Made by a program: the position numbers and the translations under genes. From Sphagnum compactum (Eukaryota), in contig OZ234493.1 of the NCBI GenBank assembly GCA_965153455.1, forward strand, positions 14,560,213-14,624,212: a stretch of 64,000 nt of DNA, in the 5' to 3' direction. Positions 12,780 through 27,654 of this stretch are shown here, piece after piece. Under the pieces are notes generated by a model. The model did not search any database. It saw nothing but the letters and a program-made list of their open reading frames with translations, and was not told where the DNA came from. How positions within the stretch are numbered: position 1 is the first letter of the stretch; each line of letters opens with the position of its first letter.

Positions 12780-14790
12780 CCCATGTTCAATGAAGTTGGC
12801 ATGGTTACTTCAGCAAATGTTGTGTTTATACTACAATTGAGAAGAAAGGAAAGGAAAATACATAGTGATAAATGGTTTATGGAATATCCAAAATGTGAGC
12901 ATGTAAAAAATAAAATTGCTTCTACTCAATTGTCAACAATAATTGTCCTTTAACAACTCAATCTTGGTCAAGTAGTGAAAAATAACCAATTCGTTTTCAA
13001 TTTGCCATTATTTTCAACCTTTTTAATAAAGGTATGCCAATGATAAATTATGAAGATTTTAAGCCTTTGTTTAACTTTTTAAGGCTTCCATGTATCCCCA
13101 AAAACATTGGTTTAATGGGGCTGATTGGGAAATGGCAAAACATGTAGACAATGAGGTGAGAAAAGTTACTAAAAGTATTGTTCAGAATGTCAAGCTTGTT
13201 TCTCTTACTTCTCATGAAATCACATCCATGGATAATGGAAGTTGGGTAACCTATTGGTGGTTAAATTATGCAAGATCAATGTCAAATACCTTTGATGTTG
13301 AATGTGCAACAATTTTTTTTGGATTTGTAACTAGTAGTCTAATTTTGTTGATCATGATTTTTTTACAATGGGGTTTGAAGGAAGAGGAGCTTGCTTCAAA
13401 GGTAGTTTGTTTTTATGTTGATGGGGTCAAGACCTTCCAAGGCCTCAAATCTAAAGTTACAATTCAAATCCAATATCAATATTCTTCATTTATCACTAGT
13501 GTGCATTATATGATCCATTAAAGAAACTTAGTGGTACAAACTCTTTGAAACATACTTTTGGTTTCTAGCATGGAAAGTCTTTTGCAATGTATCTATGTTT
13601 AATTTAGTCATAACCTTAAAAAACATTTGAAATTTGTCAAATTGGTAAAAATCATGGAAATAAAAGGCAACAAAATATTGTGCAATATCAAAACTAAGTG
13701 GATAGTCATGATTAGTCATGTCAAGCATGTGTTGTTTAAATATTGCACTTTTCTCACAAAGATGGCATTAGATGCACCCACACTAACCTCTACCAAATCT
13801 AACTTGTGTTTGTTAACTAATGTTGAGATATTGTTGGAATCTTATCACACCACTTTTGGAAACAATGCAATCTTTGATCAAATTTGCACCACTGTATGAT
13901 GTGTTTGCGTGTGATTTTCTAATAGTAATCAAAATTTGTGAAAGGATGTATATTGGTTGTATTGTGCCATCCATTTCTTTTTCCTTGAGGTGATGTATTT
14001 ATGAACTTCCAAGCCTTGATCAATTGTGTTCATGAGAACATAAAATCTTTGATAGATTATCTATTTAAATATTGGAACATATCATTTGGTATTAACTAAG
14101 TTTGTTGGGCAACATATTTGGGCCATGTTTGTAGATTAGATTGGGGCATCCAAGTTTGGTTACAAAACATTTATTTGCCAAGGTTGTGGCATTTATGAAT
14201 TAACAACAATGTGATCAAGAAGCTAATGGTTAATTTATTACAAAATTGCAAGGTTAATTTTCAATCCAAAATTTGATGGATGCATTTGATATTGTGTACC
14301 CAAAATATTGGTTACAACCAAAGCTCGAAGCAAGGTCTGTTGCTCACTTAGTAATTTTCAAAGACACCATTTAACAACTAAGAAGTTAAGGTCTGATGAA
14401 TTATGGTTTCCAAGCCCACTGATTTTGACAAACAAAAATCTTTGTTTGTCATTACCATGAAAACTAACGGAAAGTAATTAGCAATGTGTGAATCTTATGA
14501 TGTGAACACACTTACCAAGTTGTGGATTATCCTTTCATCACAATTTTTTGTAAATAAATCCATGGGGACATCAAGTTGATTGAACTTGTTATGGTGCAAA
14601 TTATTGGTTCAATGGAATATGAACATTTTTTCTTTTATATTCACCATAATGAAAAGTAAACTACAGAATCAATTGACCATGCATCTAGAGTTGGTCATTT
14701 AAACATTCAACCAAAAGTTTTTCATCTTGCAAAACTTTCCATTTGGAGTAGCCATTCAAAATTGGAAAGATAACATAACTTGGTATTATG
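12780..14790 (+). mobile_element. Degenerate hAT-type transposase
   Basis: Broken ORFs KHWFNGADWEMAK...SLTSHEITSMDNGSW, VDGVKTFQGLKSKVT, ILCNIKTKW and a hATC-like C-terminus near 14580-14790; many stops. The element may extend to ~10684 (CAGGTGTT) and ~15575 (AACACCTA), but no TSD is visible. Confidence 0.65.
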
Positions 14791-17339
14791 TGAAAGTTTG
14801 AAAATTGAATGTGGATCCTAGAATTTGGTTCATGGCAAAGTTGCCCAAGTTTCACATTTTTTGTCATCATGTATCACAAAATTTAGATTATTATTTTTTG
14901 TATTCTAGTTGGAATGTTTGGAAGTTGGATGCTAACTTACATGTTACTTCACCTCTCTATCAACCCACCAAAAATGTTTTTTTAAGAAATTTTTAACTTT
15001 GTTATAAAAATCTTGAAGCTTTATTTTAAGGTGTTAACATATTAGTGGTTCACTATTATGATATCATTTTTGGTATGAATTATGGGGCATGGATGATGGG
15101 ATATTGCTTTAGTTGACTTTTTCATGTAGTAATGAAACTAAAATCTAATGGATGTTGTAACATATGCTTGAGTTTTGATGTTGTCAAAACAAATGAGTTG
15201 CCCGTTGTCTCCATAATTCATTTTTTGGGGATATTGTGAATCTTCAAACAACCCCTTTTCGGGGCATTTAAAAATTAGGATTTGTTTTCATATTGAACAT
15301 GGAATATTAACAATTTTTTTTGTGTAGGTTAGGTCGTATGTTGCAATGGGCAAAACCTTTATGGGTTGAAGTTTAATTCCCCTATACAATTTTGTTGCCA
15401 GAATTTGGAAACAAAAAATCCTTCATTGACAAAGACGATAAAAATATGAGAGCTTGTAGCTCCAAAATTCACTTAGAAAATTCTTTTTTTACAAACTAAG
15501 AACAAGAAAATAATTTCCTTCATAATGGAAAAATTACACATTTCCTTGCCATGTAATTAGCCAACTCAACACCTATTATGTCCATGTGACAATTATAGTT
15601 CATGGAAAGGTTGTCATGTAGCCAACCAAACTAAAATGAAAAAACATTAATGTGAGACTTGTAAGATGTATTTTAAGATGGGCAAAAAGGGGAAGAATTT
15701 GCATTTTCTTGGACAAATGCAACAAAAAGTAGGTATAATAATTGTAAACAAATGGGTACATTCCTGAATAAAAGAACCAACAAAGTGAGTGCACAATGTT
15801 TATTGTCTTTTTGAATTTACATAATAGGAACACACTAATTTGGAAATTTATTTTTTTGGATGCCCTTCCATTACTTGCAAAATTCCAACTATCAAAATTC
15901 ATGAAAATTCATAAAATTTCAAAAGTCTTTTTGTATTTTTGAAACAATGTGGACACTATTATTCCAATATTTTTTCATTGTTTTGTCTTCTAGTTTTTCT
16001 CGAACTTCAAAATATGAATGTGTTTTTTGTTATTCTATCTTCACCAAATGTTCTCAAATTTATGGTGGGTTTTAATATATTTGATGAGAAGAGCATCATG
16101 TCTTAATCTTTTAGGTGCATAAGTTTTGGATTCATATTTTGGATTTTAATTTTTGAACATCCTTTAATTATTAAAATAGTTCAAAATTTGTTATCACTGT
16201 TTTTTAAAAAAAATTGTACATTTGATTATAAAGTAGAACATGATGCATCCCACAATGTTGTCTACGATGCTTTCATCTCCATTACGACAAATGTGGGGTT
16301 TCATGTTTCATGTGAATTAACTAACATCCTTCTGCCAATTTCCCTTTAATATTTTCATTGTCAGGTTCACATTGTGTTATCCGTTGATGGCATCCACACC
16401 TTGGCTAATGTGTGGGCTTTTTAATCTCACAAGGTGACTATGATAGTGGTGGCTTAAAAAAAGAAAAGACTTTTACCATGATCAACATTTGACAGATGCA
16501 TTTCTTCCTTTTGGAACGTACTAAAACAATTCTGATTTTTAATTGAGTGCTTTTCAATCACAAATCATGGTGAAAAAAGATGGGTTGTGAATATTGAAAG
16601 ATGCTTATGTGGATTAGGTGATAAAATAAGGAACCTTGTTGACAATAATGTACATATGTATAAAAAAGGGGCAAGGTTATAAACCGTTTCTTATTTTGAA
16701 ATGCCAAAACATGAGGGTGGATGCTTGAGTGATGAACATTAAAAAACAAAGAAAGAACCGAAGGCCACACCCTTCTTTAAAATAAAAACCTACCTTAATT
16801 TCAAAGGAAGTGTGTTTCCACTAGAAAAGATTTTTTCCTTTTCATAAGATATGGGAAAATTGTCATTGAAGTCTTGTGCTTGACACTGGTTGTTTAAATA
16901 CACTATAAAAATTCAAGCAAGCTTTTTAGTCATTCTGGATGTTCAAAGACCCTAAAAATAGTTCTTAATGTCATTAAAAATAGTTTTTACTCACTTTGTG
17001 TCATGGTAGGTTTTGAAATGCAAGTGCCAAATATAGTGGGCCCATTGGAAGAAGGGATTGAAGTGTTTTCACTAGTAGAAATTGACTAAAATGTAACCAA
17101 TCTCTTTGCGACTACATGCGACTATCAGTTATTTGCAACTACATTTGGACATTTTTGCAACTATTTATTGTGTTGGTCATATTTGCAACTACAGTGCAAC
17201 TAGTTTGCAACTAGTTTGGTGTTCATCCTTCCATGTGAACAACATTTAGTTAAGTTTTCATCCAAGAAGAACAATTTATGTCCCATTAGTTGCAAATGTG
17301 ACCAACTTAGTTGTAACCCTATAAGTATATAAAGGTATA

Positions 17340-17912
17340 TTTTGTGAATTTTAAAAAATATAGTTCGGTGTATTAGGATTTATGAATGTATAATTTGAAT
17401 GTATATGAACAACCATATTAGATGTGTATTCAAATATTATTATTATCATAAATGGCCTCGATATTATGGTTACATTAAATGATATATATTTTGAGTATAT
17501 CAAAATTATACATAAGATATTTGTTAAATATATTGTGCCCATATTATAAGTTTATCCAAACCATTTTATTATACTTCTTAAAATTATTAAAAATGACATT
17601 TATTATTATTTGTATTAATATTATATTATATTATATATTAATTACATGTAATAAAAACCAAATTTAAATATTATCTTTAACTAAAATTTAAAAACAGTAA
17701 TATCTTGTTACATAATGATCATAATGATGATGATATTAGAATGATAAAAAAAATAATTCTATAATTATTGAAGTAATTATAAATTTTTTAGTATATTATT
17801 AAATTATTATTAAATTCTTTTCAAATGACTAATGTACTTATTACGAATTAATTTTTATTTCTTAAAAAATGAAAACTTAATTATAGTAAATCATAATAGT
17901 CTAACAAGTGAC

Positions 17913-17944
<32 letters not shown>

Positions 17945-18879
17945 GTCATAAAATAGCTAACCTAGGCTAGTGACAAATTACATTATTGTTATTATTATTA
18001 TAAGTAATCAATTATGAAATATTATTAGATTAATATAATAATTATTAAGAAATATTAATATATAGTTTTAAATTTTTGTATTAAAAATTTATAGTTGATA
18101 TTTATTAATTATTAATAAGTCAATAATTATAATCATTTACTAATATATATTTCTGATTTTCAGTTCTATTATTTTATATTTTATAATAATTAATGTATTA
18201 GTTAGAATGGAAATCTAATAAATTATTATACAAATTATTTTCGAAGGAAAAATATAATTATTAAAAATATATAATATTTATTGTAATATTTCATAAATCA
18301 ATTAATGAGTGAATTAATAATATGAATAATTATAATAAAATAGTTAACCTTGGCTACCAACTAGCTACAATAATAATTGAATTAATGATATTTTTACTAT
18401 TAAATATTTACTTATATATTTACTATTAACTATATAAATGAAAATAATAATGGGAGTAATTATAATAAAATAGTTAGCCTAGGCTAAGTTTTAATTATAT
18501 TATTAGATTAAAAAACCTAATAGTCAATATTTATAATTAATAGTTATTAATAATTAAATAATGAATATTTCAGTTATTATATTAATTTATTTGGTTACAA
18601 AATAATAATTTATTACTTAGTAATAATTAGTTAAATATTTCAATATTAGCCAATTACTCGTTAAATAAATTGGTTGATGGATTATTATAGTTAATATAAT
18701 ATTATGGTTTATCTAATTAATAAATATTTAATATTTAATAATAATATAATAAATTCAGTAATAATAAGATATTGATTATTATTACTATAAATAATTAGTT
18801 AGTTTCTAGTTTAGTTATTAATTAATTAATTAGCAAGTTTATTAATTTATTTTTCTATATTTCATTCGTTAAATAATTA
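17340..18879. repeat. Extremely AT-rich low-complexity interior of the outer CACTA, including (AAT)n
   Basis: ~1.5 kb almost entirely A/T; aat run at ~17917-17943. Confidence 0.8.
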
Positions 18880-19764
18880 CACTACTAGAAATTCTGTCAT
18901 ATGCAACCACACCACATGCAACTGGGATGCAACTGCCTGTCGCATGCAGTTTTTGCAACTATGCGCCCTTTTTGGGTGTGTATGCAACTATGGTGCAACT
19001 ATAATCGCCTTCATCCCAACCTTTGGATGAGTTCTGTGATATATCACCATATATATTTGATATATCATCGTATATCATTGATATGTATATACTCATAGTT
19101 GCATGTGCAACCAAAATATGCCAACTATGGTCTTTTGGTAAGTTAGGTACACATTTTTTTTAGGCATGTCTAGGATTAGGGTTGCCTACAAATGATAATC
19201 CCATTGATAAGGTTTAGGATATAGGTGAAAAATAACCTAATCTATTTTGCCACACCTAAAATAATGTATCTATCCCCAACTTTTAGTAGCTTGCTCCACA
19301 AACATTTAGAAGACAATTTACAACTGAAGATATCAATTTTACTTACAATAATTTATCACTTGATGAAGCAAAACAATGTATATGTGTATTCAACAAGAAG
19401 GTCCAATTAATCCCCTCAAGATTACAATATGTGGGTTTGACATGTGGAAATAATCTATTTTATTCCAACAATTATCCAGTACAAGTGAAGGTCTCATGGC
19501 ACATAGTCCATGTAATGCATGAGTTGGTTCCAAAGTCAGCCCTGATAGTCCTGATGGGTAGACATGTGACTAAAGCACACATCAGAAACCAGACATGAAA
19601 ACACATGCTATTGTCCCCCTTAACAACCATAACCAGACAATATGCAAACCCTAGAAAGGGTTACCCAAAGAATATCTCAGAATAAGAAGCTCTATCTGAA
19701 CCCCAACTTCACTCAATACATAATTTCTTGCTCATAAATGTTATTACAGCCAACTACAGAATGT

Positions 19765-22013
<2,249 letters not shown>

Positions 22014-22239
22014 ATGGAAACAGTAGTAACAACTTCAAGTCCTTCAAGTCTCAGGTGCAACAGCAAAAACGAAGCTGCAAATCTCAATGCGTCCATACAA
22101 CAACAGTAGCAGTAGGAGCAGGAGAGCCACAGCTACGACAATTGGGAGGAAGAGACAGCTACGAAGAAGAAGAAGCTCTTGGAGAAACAAACCCTGCCTT
22201 TCGGGGAGTTCTCGGCGGTTTCACACCGTCCATAGTCAC

Positions 22240-23012
22240 ACTTCCTTCCCTCTATTCCCCAAAATTGTAAACATGACCAACACTTCCCTTGTGCAGCACA
22301 ACCTCAAACGCTTCAGCCACATCTTCACAGTACAGGTAGCTTCGCACATTACATCCATCTCCATGGATGGGGAGGGGCTTCCCCTGGCCAAAAGAATGAA
22401 TGTGGGAATGAGCTTATCTGGGAATTGGTTTGGTCCATACACATTATTGCCTCGTCTGGTGATGACAGGCAACCCATATGAGCGGCCATATGCCATCACC
22501 GGCATTTCTGCACCAGCCTTGGTGGCTGAGTAGGGATTTGTGGGAAGCAGTTGCGATGCTTCATGGTTTCCAACAATTGCATCAGCCTCAGTCTCTCCAT
22601 AGACCTCATATGTGCTCACATGAATGAAGCGGTGGATAGTGCCTGTCACTTTGCATGCCTCCAGCAACACATGGGTCCCATAGATGTTGTTCTTTGTGAA
22701 CTCAATACTGTTGCCAAATGAGTTATCGACATGAGTTTGGACGGCAAAGTGCATAATGGTGTCAATACCCTCAGTAATGAGAAGGTAGTTCACAAGATCT
22801 GCACTCCCAATGTCACCTTTCACAAACTTGAAATTCTTGGAAGACTTGGAGGGCAACAGATTCTTCAAGTTGGAGCAATAATCCAACTTGTCTAGCACCA
22901 CAATCTCGTAATGTGGGTAGTTGCGCATCAGTCTGTTGGCAACATGAGATGCAATGAATCCTGCTACACCAGTTATCAAGATGCTTTTGGGAGTGTATGT
23001 GGCTTCCCCCAT
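22240..23012 (-). pseudogene. RHM1: Captured 5' fragment of UDP-rhamnose synthase (N-terminal UDP-glucose 4,6-dehydratase domain)
   Basis: YTPKSILITGVAGFIASHV, LDKLDYCSNLKNL, THVDNSFGNS, PTNPYSATKAGAEM, GNNVYGPNQFP; frameshift near 22380 and truncation near 22250. Confidence 0.92.
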
Positions 23013-23575
23013 TATGATGATGACCTCTGCTTCTGCAAATCTGCTTGATATTATTCAGTAAGAAAAAATTCTTCTCTATCAGAATTTTGTGGGCACAACA
23101 CAAGAGTAACAACAAAGTTCGGTGGAGCCACAGACGGGAAATAGAGAGGAAGAGTGTAATTTGGACTCCCCTGCAAACAAGGAAGATCAAGACCAAGCTC
23201 TCTTTAGTCCTGGTATAATACCTTACAAGTACACCTGCTTTTTTCTGGTATTGTCTGTCATAGGGACCGAATGTGAGGGACAACAAAGCGAGCAATATCT
23301 GCTGCTCACGACTACTAATCCACAAGCTCCTCATTTCCAACTGAAGAGATTATGTGTCGTCATTATGAAAACATAAAATTTCGAACAATCAAGATGTTCT
23401 GAGTGAGTGAATGAAATGCGTTTCTTCTTCTTCTTTTGCTCTTTTTTGTTTTTGTGTTTTAGGGTGTAGGGTTCTGAAGATGAAGAATTCTTGGTGCTTT
23501 TGTTTATTAACAGTGTGGCTGATGGGTGGGTGGGTGGCTGTCTGTCTCTATCTAGTATGCCTTCTTGCTCGCCAG

Positions 23576-24780
23576 GAACATTGTCTAAGAATTTTCCGGA
23601 GAGATGATGTCAAAGGTGTCCAAGCAGCAACATTGAAGCCCTTTACTGTGCTGCTGGAATGGAGCATTTCGCACTCGAAGCAGCCTCCCAACTTCTCGGT
23701 GGATTGGGGACTTACCAATGTGCTGATTGTTGAGTTTCGGCAAGCAAAATCACATGGAACATGTGCTTGAAAACAGTTCTCACCCTTTTTTCCTGTTTTC
23801 AAGATCTATGTACACATGATGTTGATGATGTAGGTTCCCATCAGTCCTCTTGCTATGGTGAATCAATCAATGAATTCGTTAAAATCAGATCTACTCTTGT
23901 ATTCCTTGTGGTGAGTTTTTCTCATCATCATCAAAGGTAACGTCTGCTGCTTTTTCAGCCTCTTCATTGCAGTAACTTCATCAGTATCTTCTTCTTCTTC
24001 TTCTTCTTCTTCCTCCTCCTCCTTCTCCTCATTTTCCTCCTCTTTTATGTCTTCCTCTTTGTGTAAAGTGATTGTGCTCCATTTTGGAAGAAGGTGGAGA
24101 ACATAAGACAACACCCTGATGATTCCTTTATAATTTGCCATTGTTATGATGAGCTGAGCCCAATTTCAATACCTGGAAGAAAGTGGGTGGTTTTTTCTTA
24201 AACCCTTTTGTGTGCATGTGGTGGTGGGGGGGATCTTGTAGTGAGATCGCACATTATTGTGCTGCTTAGGTACTTGGTTGAGAGTTTCAAGATTGCATTC
24301 AGTGAGGACCACGTGAACCAACTCTTGCAGCTTTATCTGAACACACTAGAAGCACAGTTACAACAACCCTCGCACACGCTCCTGGCAGGAGCAATGAAGT
24401 GTCTTGACTCGCTACTCACTTGGTTTGTGAGCAGCGAGTCAAGACACTTCATTGCTCCTGCCAGGAGCGTGTTGGTTTAATGATGAACTTCCTGCAGGAG
24501 GTAACAATATGTGCAATTGGCAATTGGTGGTTTTATTTTCTTTTGGGGGGACATGGGGGGACATGTTCACAATTTTCCCTTGTGCATAGGGTGTTGGGGT
24601 TGTCCTGTTGGGAAGCTGTCTCTTCATTTGGACCATGCACAAATAGATGGATATCTGAAAAGAAATGGTGGGCTTCAACAACTTGCAGGTTCTGTAGTGA
24701 ATTCACGGAGGTGCTTTGAATATATTGAGCAAGTATTATGGCCTCGTGAAGACCTAAAGAGATACGAGGTGTTGAGAGGT
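23576..24780 (+). pseudogene. PRKDC: Captured N-terminal exons of DNA-dependent protein kinase catalytic subunit
   Basis: LLQLYLNTLEAQLQQPSHTLLAGAMKCLDSLLTWF and FEYIEQVLWPREDLKRYEV resemble, as recalled, vertebrate DNA-PKcs ...PVLAGCLKGLSSLLCNF and ...IRPQIDLKRYAV; splice sites retained. Confidence 0.72.
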
Positions 24781-26103
24781 ATATCCTTGCACACTATTCG
24801 AATTTCCCACTACACGATTTCCCTTTTGGAGTTGCATGCAAGAGAAGTTGTAGACATTTTTCTCATCTTTTAAGCAACTGCAAATTTGGACTCTCAAGCT
24901 GTGTGGATTTTAAGTTATGTAGCTCTTCTCCTTAGATTGTTTGGTCTTCTTCTGTTTCAGGTTTTGTTGAGCTTTGCTTTCTTCTTGGGTTTTTGGTTTT
25001 CCCCTTCTCTTTTAGGTTTTGTTCAGCCATGCAGCACGATGGCTGAGTTAGTCCATTACTGCCAAACGTTTCTTCTGATAGAATGTTAGTACATTGGCTA
25101 ACGTTTGACCTTAACCTCCACCTATTACTAAGAGCTGATGAATGCAATGGGGATGTTCTGGTAGGTGTTCAATTCCATACATGTTGCTATTGAAGGTACT
25201 TGAACATGCATATGAACAGCCATTGTTGTTCAAACTGCTCCTCTGTTTTGGTTTTGGTTTTGGTCTTGTTTTTCTCATTTCTTAGGCTTGGTGTTCTTCG
25301 TTCATGCCATTATTGGTTGCTGTCATGTTATCAAATTTGAAAATTTGAAATGTCGACAGCTAAATTTCAGTGGATTTTCTTCATTTGCCATCTTTAGAAT
25401 TAAGCACGAAATTTAGTACTGAATTGGTAGCACTCTTGGTTTGAGGCAACAATCAGCCATTCTAATTGACTACTGTTTATGAAAATTGGAGAGCTTTTGA
25501 CTTAGTTAAATGCATTGCAATACTTTGAGAGCCCCTTCAAATACTGTGAATCCATGCTGAACAATCTAATCAACCTTTTTTTTGCCTCCCTGGTCCTGAA
25601 ATGCAGTTGCAAAGAAGGAAGGGTATTCATGAAGCTGAGCAGGTTTGGCTCAGGCTACTTTTTTTGGCTGCACATGCTACCCTACCTGTTTTAAACCTTC
25701 CTTCAACAAGGCACAAGCAATATCTGTTTTAACAAAGAGAAATAGGCATGCTTTCAGTTGAAAGTTGAAAGTTTATTATACCTTGATATTGGGTGATAGC
25801 TGGGAAAAGTAGAGGTTTGTGTTTCTGCAAAGTTTATTTTCCTTGACAATTGTTGGTTGCTGCTTTGAGGTAATGTCCCTTGCTTTATAGAATTGTTGTA
25901 GAGTAGTTTGGCAAGGCTTGAGAAGGGCCTGAGGTCTGACCCAGCTGCCAGACTAGTGTGTGGCTATGTTTTCTGTTTTGCTGGTCCCATGAAGCCTGCA
26001 ACAAACCTAAGACTCCTACTGTGTTCCATCCACTATTTGAAGTTGATGTTGCACCTAAGTGCTTGTTCTGCAGTATTTAATAGATATTTCTGGTGGATTG
26101 CAG

Positions 26104-26440
26104 GTAATGGTGCCCTATATGTACGAACAGTTCATCAGCAACTTGACATATGAGGTCAAAAGCGGGAACATCCCAGTGTCACGGAGTGATGATGTTGTTG
26201 CCAGAATTCTTCTGGTCAAATTTGAAACAGGTCTCTTTGAGGACCCTTATGCCAACAAGGGGCTTAAATCATTTATTGGCTAGCAAGTAATCACCTGCCC
26301 TCATGATTCATGAATTCAAGGAATTGCAATAATTTGTACTTATGCCCAACATTGGTCCACAATTGCTTAACCTTATCGTTGGAGTATGCAGAAGCACATA
26401 GATCATTAGCCCGTGAAGCAGTTAGAAGCAGTAGCCTCTC
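26104..26440 (+). pseudogene. Captured internal exons of a GH3 beta-glucosidase/exo-beta-glucanase
   Basis: VMVPYMYEQFISNLTYEVKSGNIPVSRSDDVVARILLVKFETGLFEDPYA, then AHRSLAREAVR after a short intron; in-frame TAG at 26281. Confidence 0.85.
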
Positions 26441-26854
26441 TCATATAACCAAACAATCTCCAAGCTTACGGAAGCTACCATGGTGGAGAAAGGCAGAGAA
26501 AGAGATGGGAATAAGGATTTGGGAAAGTTTGCTGTACCAAGAGACTTCAGTGGAACATATTGTGAAGCAGAACTTCCAAACAAATTTCAGAATAAAGTCA
26601 AAGGACATCTTCTGCTTTGCCATAGACCAGCTCACAAGACTTCTCTCTTGCTTTCTCTCTGATGAGTAATTCAAGCTTGCTGTGAAAATGTCATTCACAT
26701 AGTGTCTGTCAACCTGTACACAAAAGCTCTTTTTTGTGCAATCAATATTGCTCTTCACTAAGGACCATACAATCAAAATTTGAGTTGACACAAAGGCTGA
26801 ACTGCTAATGCAATTCTTTGTGCAACAAGATGCCATAATGTAGCAAAGAAGGAT

Positions 26855-26975
26855 GTGACCATTAGGAGCTCAGATATTGAAAACTGCAAACAAGAAAATG
26901 TGACCATCAGGAGCTCATGTACTGAAAACTGCAAACAAGAAATTGTGACCATCAGGAGCTCATGTATTGAAAACA
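26855..26975. repeat. ~48-bp tandem repeat, ~2.5 copies
   Basis: tgtgaccat(t/c)aggagctca...tgaaaactgcaaacaagaaa repeats. Confidence 0.8.
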
Positions 26976-27654
26976 GTATGTAGAGCTGAGCAAACCGGAA
27001 CATCACATGCACATATCATGATGAAGTGTTATGCGCATATGCACTTTCTTGCAGAAACTTTCAAAGGATTGCATTTGAAGATGTGCAGGTGCAAGAGTAT
27101 AATGCAGGGAAACAAAATTTGAAAGGGAAGATGAAAGAAACTTTCACCATGGGTGGGTGGCTACTACTACTCTTTGAAATCATCCTTGTCATTTGCCGGA
27201 ACCGGTCTGTTTCTCCAATTTATTTGCCAAGTATTGATTTTTGAACTAGCTCTAAACTCACACATTTCATATACTGATGAACTACAAACTGCTACAAACT
27301 GCATGAACTTTACAGACTGAAAAATCAGAAGTATCAGCCTAATGTGCAAAACATGCTCCTTGTTAGGCTCCTATTCACACCCTTGTAAAGAAATAAAATT
27401 GGTTGCAACTATCTAAAAGGTACCCCATAATAAATGAAGGTTTGTACTACACTGGGGAATTTGCAGCTACTAAATGCTTGTGTGTGGGCTCAACATGTTC
27501 AAGTTCAAACTGCAAAGGTTGTCAGGCTTTCCCTAAAAACCAACTTTTCTAGACTTGGAAGAGTAGAAGCATTGGGGAGGCTTGTGGCATACTATAACAA
27601 TTAGCATTTCTAAGGCAAGACCAACATAAGGCTAGTTGTTTGAGTAAGGTACAG

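Noticed and set aside
10684-15575. Full hAT element bounded by CAGGTGTT...AACACCTA
   Set aside because: No 8-bp TSD and the TIR is very short; only the transposase remnant is called.
25606-27160. Additional exon-like pieces (LQRRKGIHEAEQ; WRKAEKEMGIRIWESLLYQ; NFQRIAFEDVQVQEYN)
   Set aside because: Probably more captured exons, but I cannot assign the donor genes without a search.
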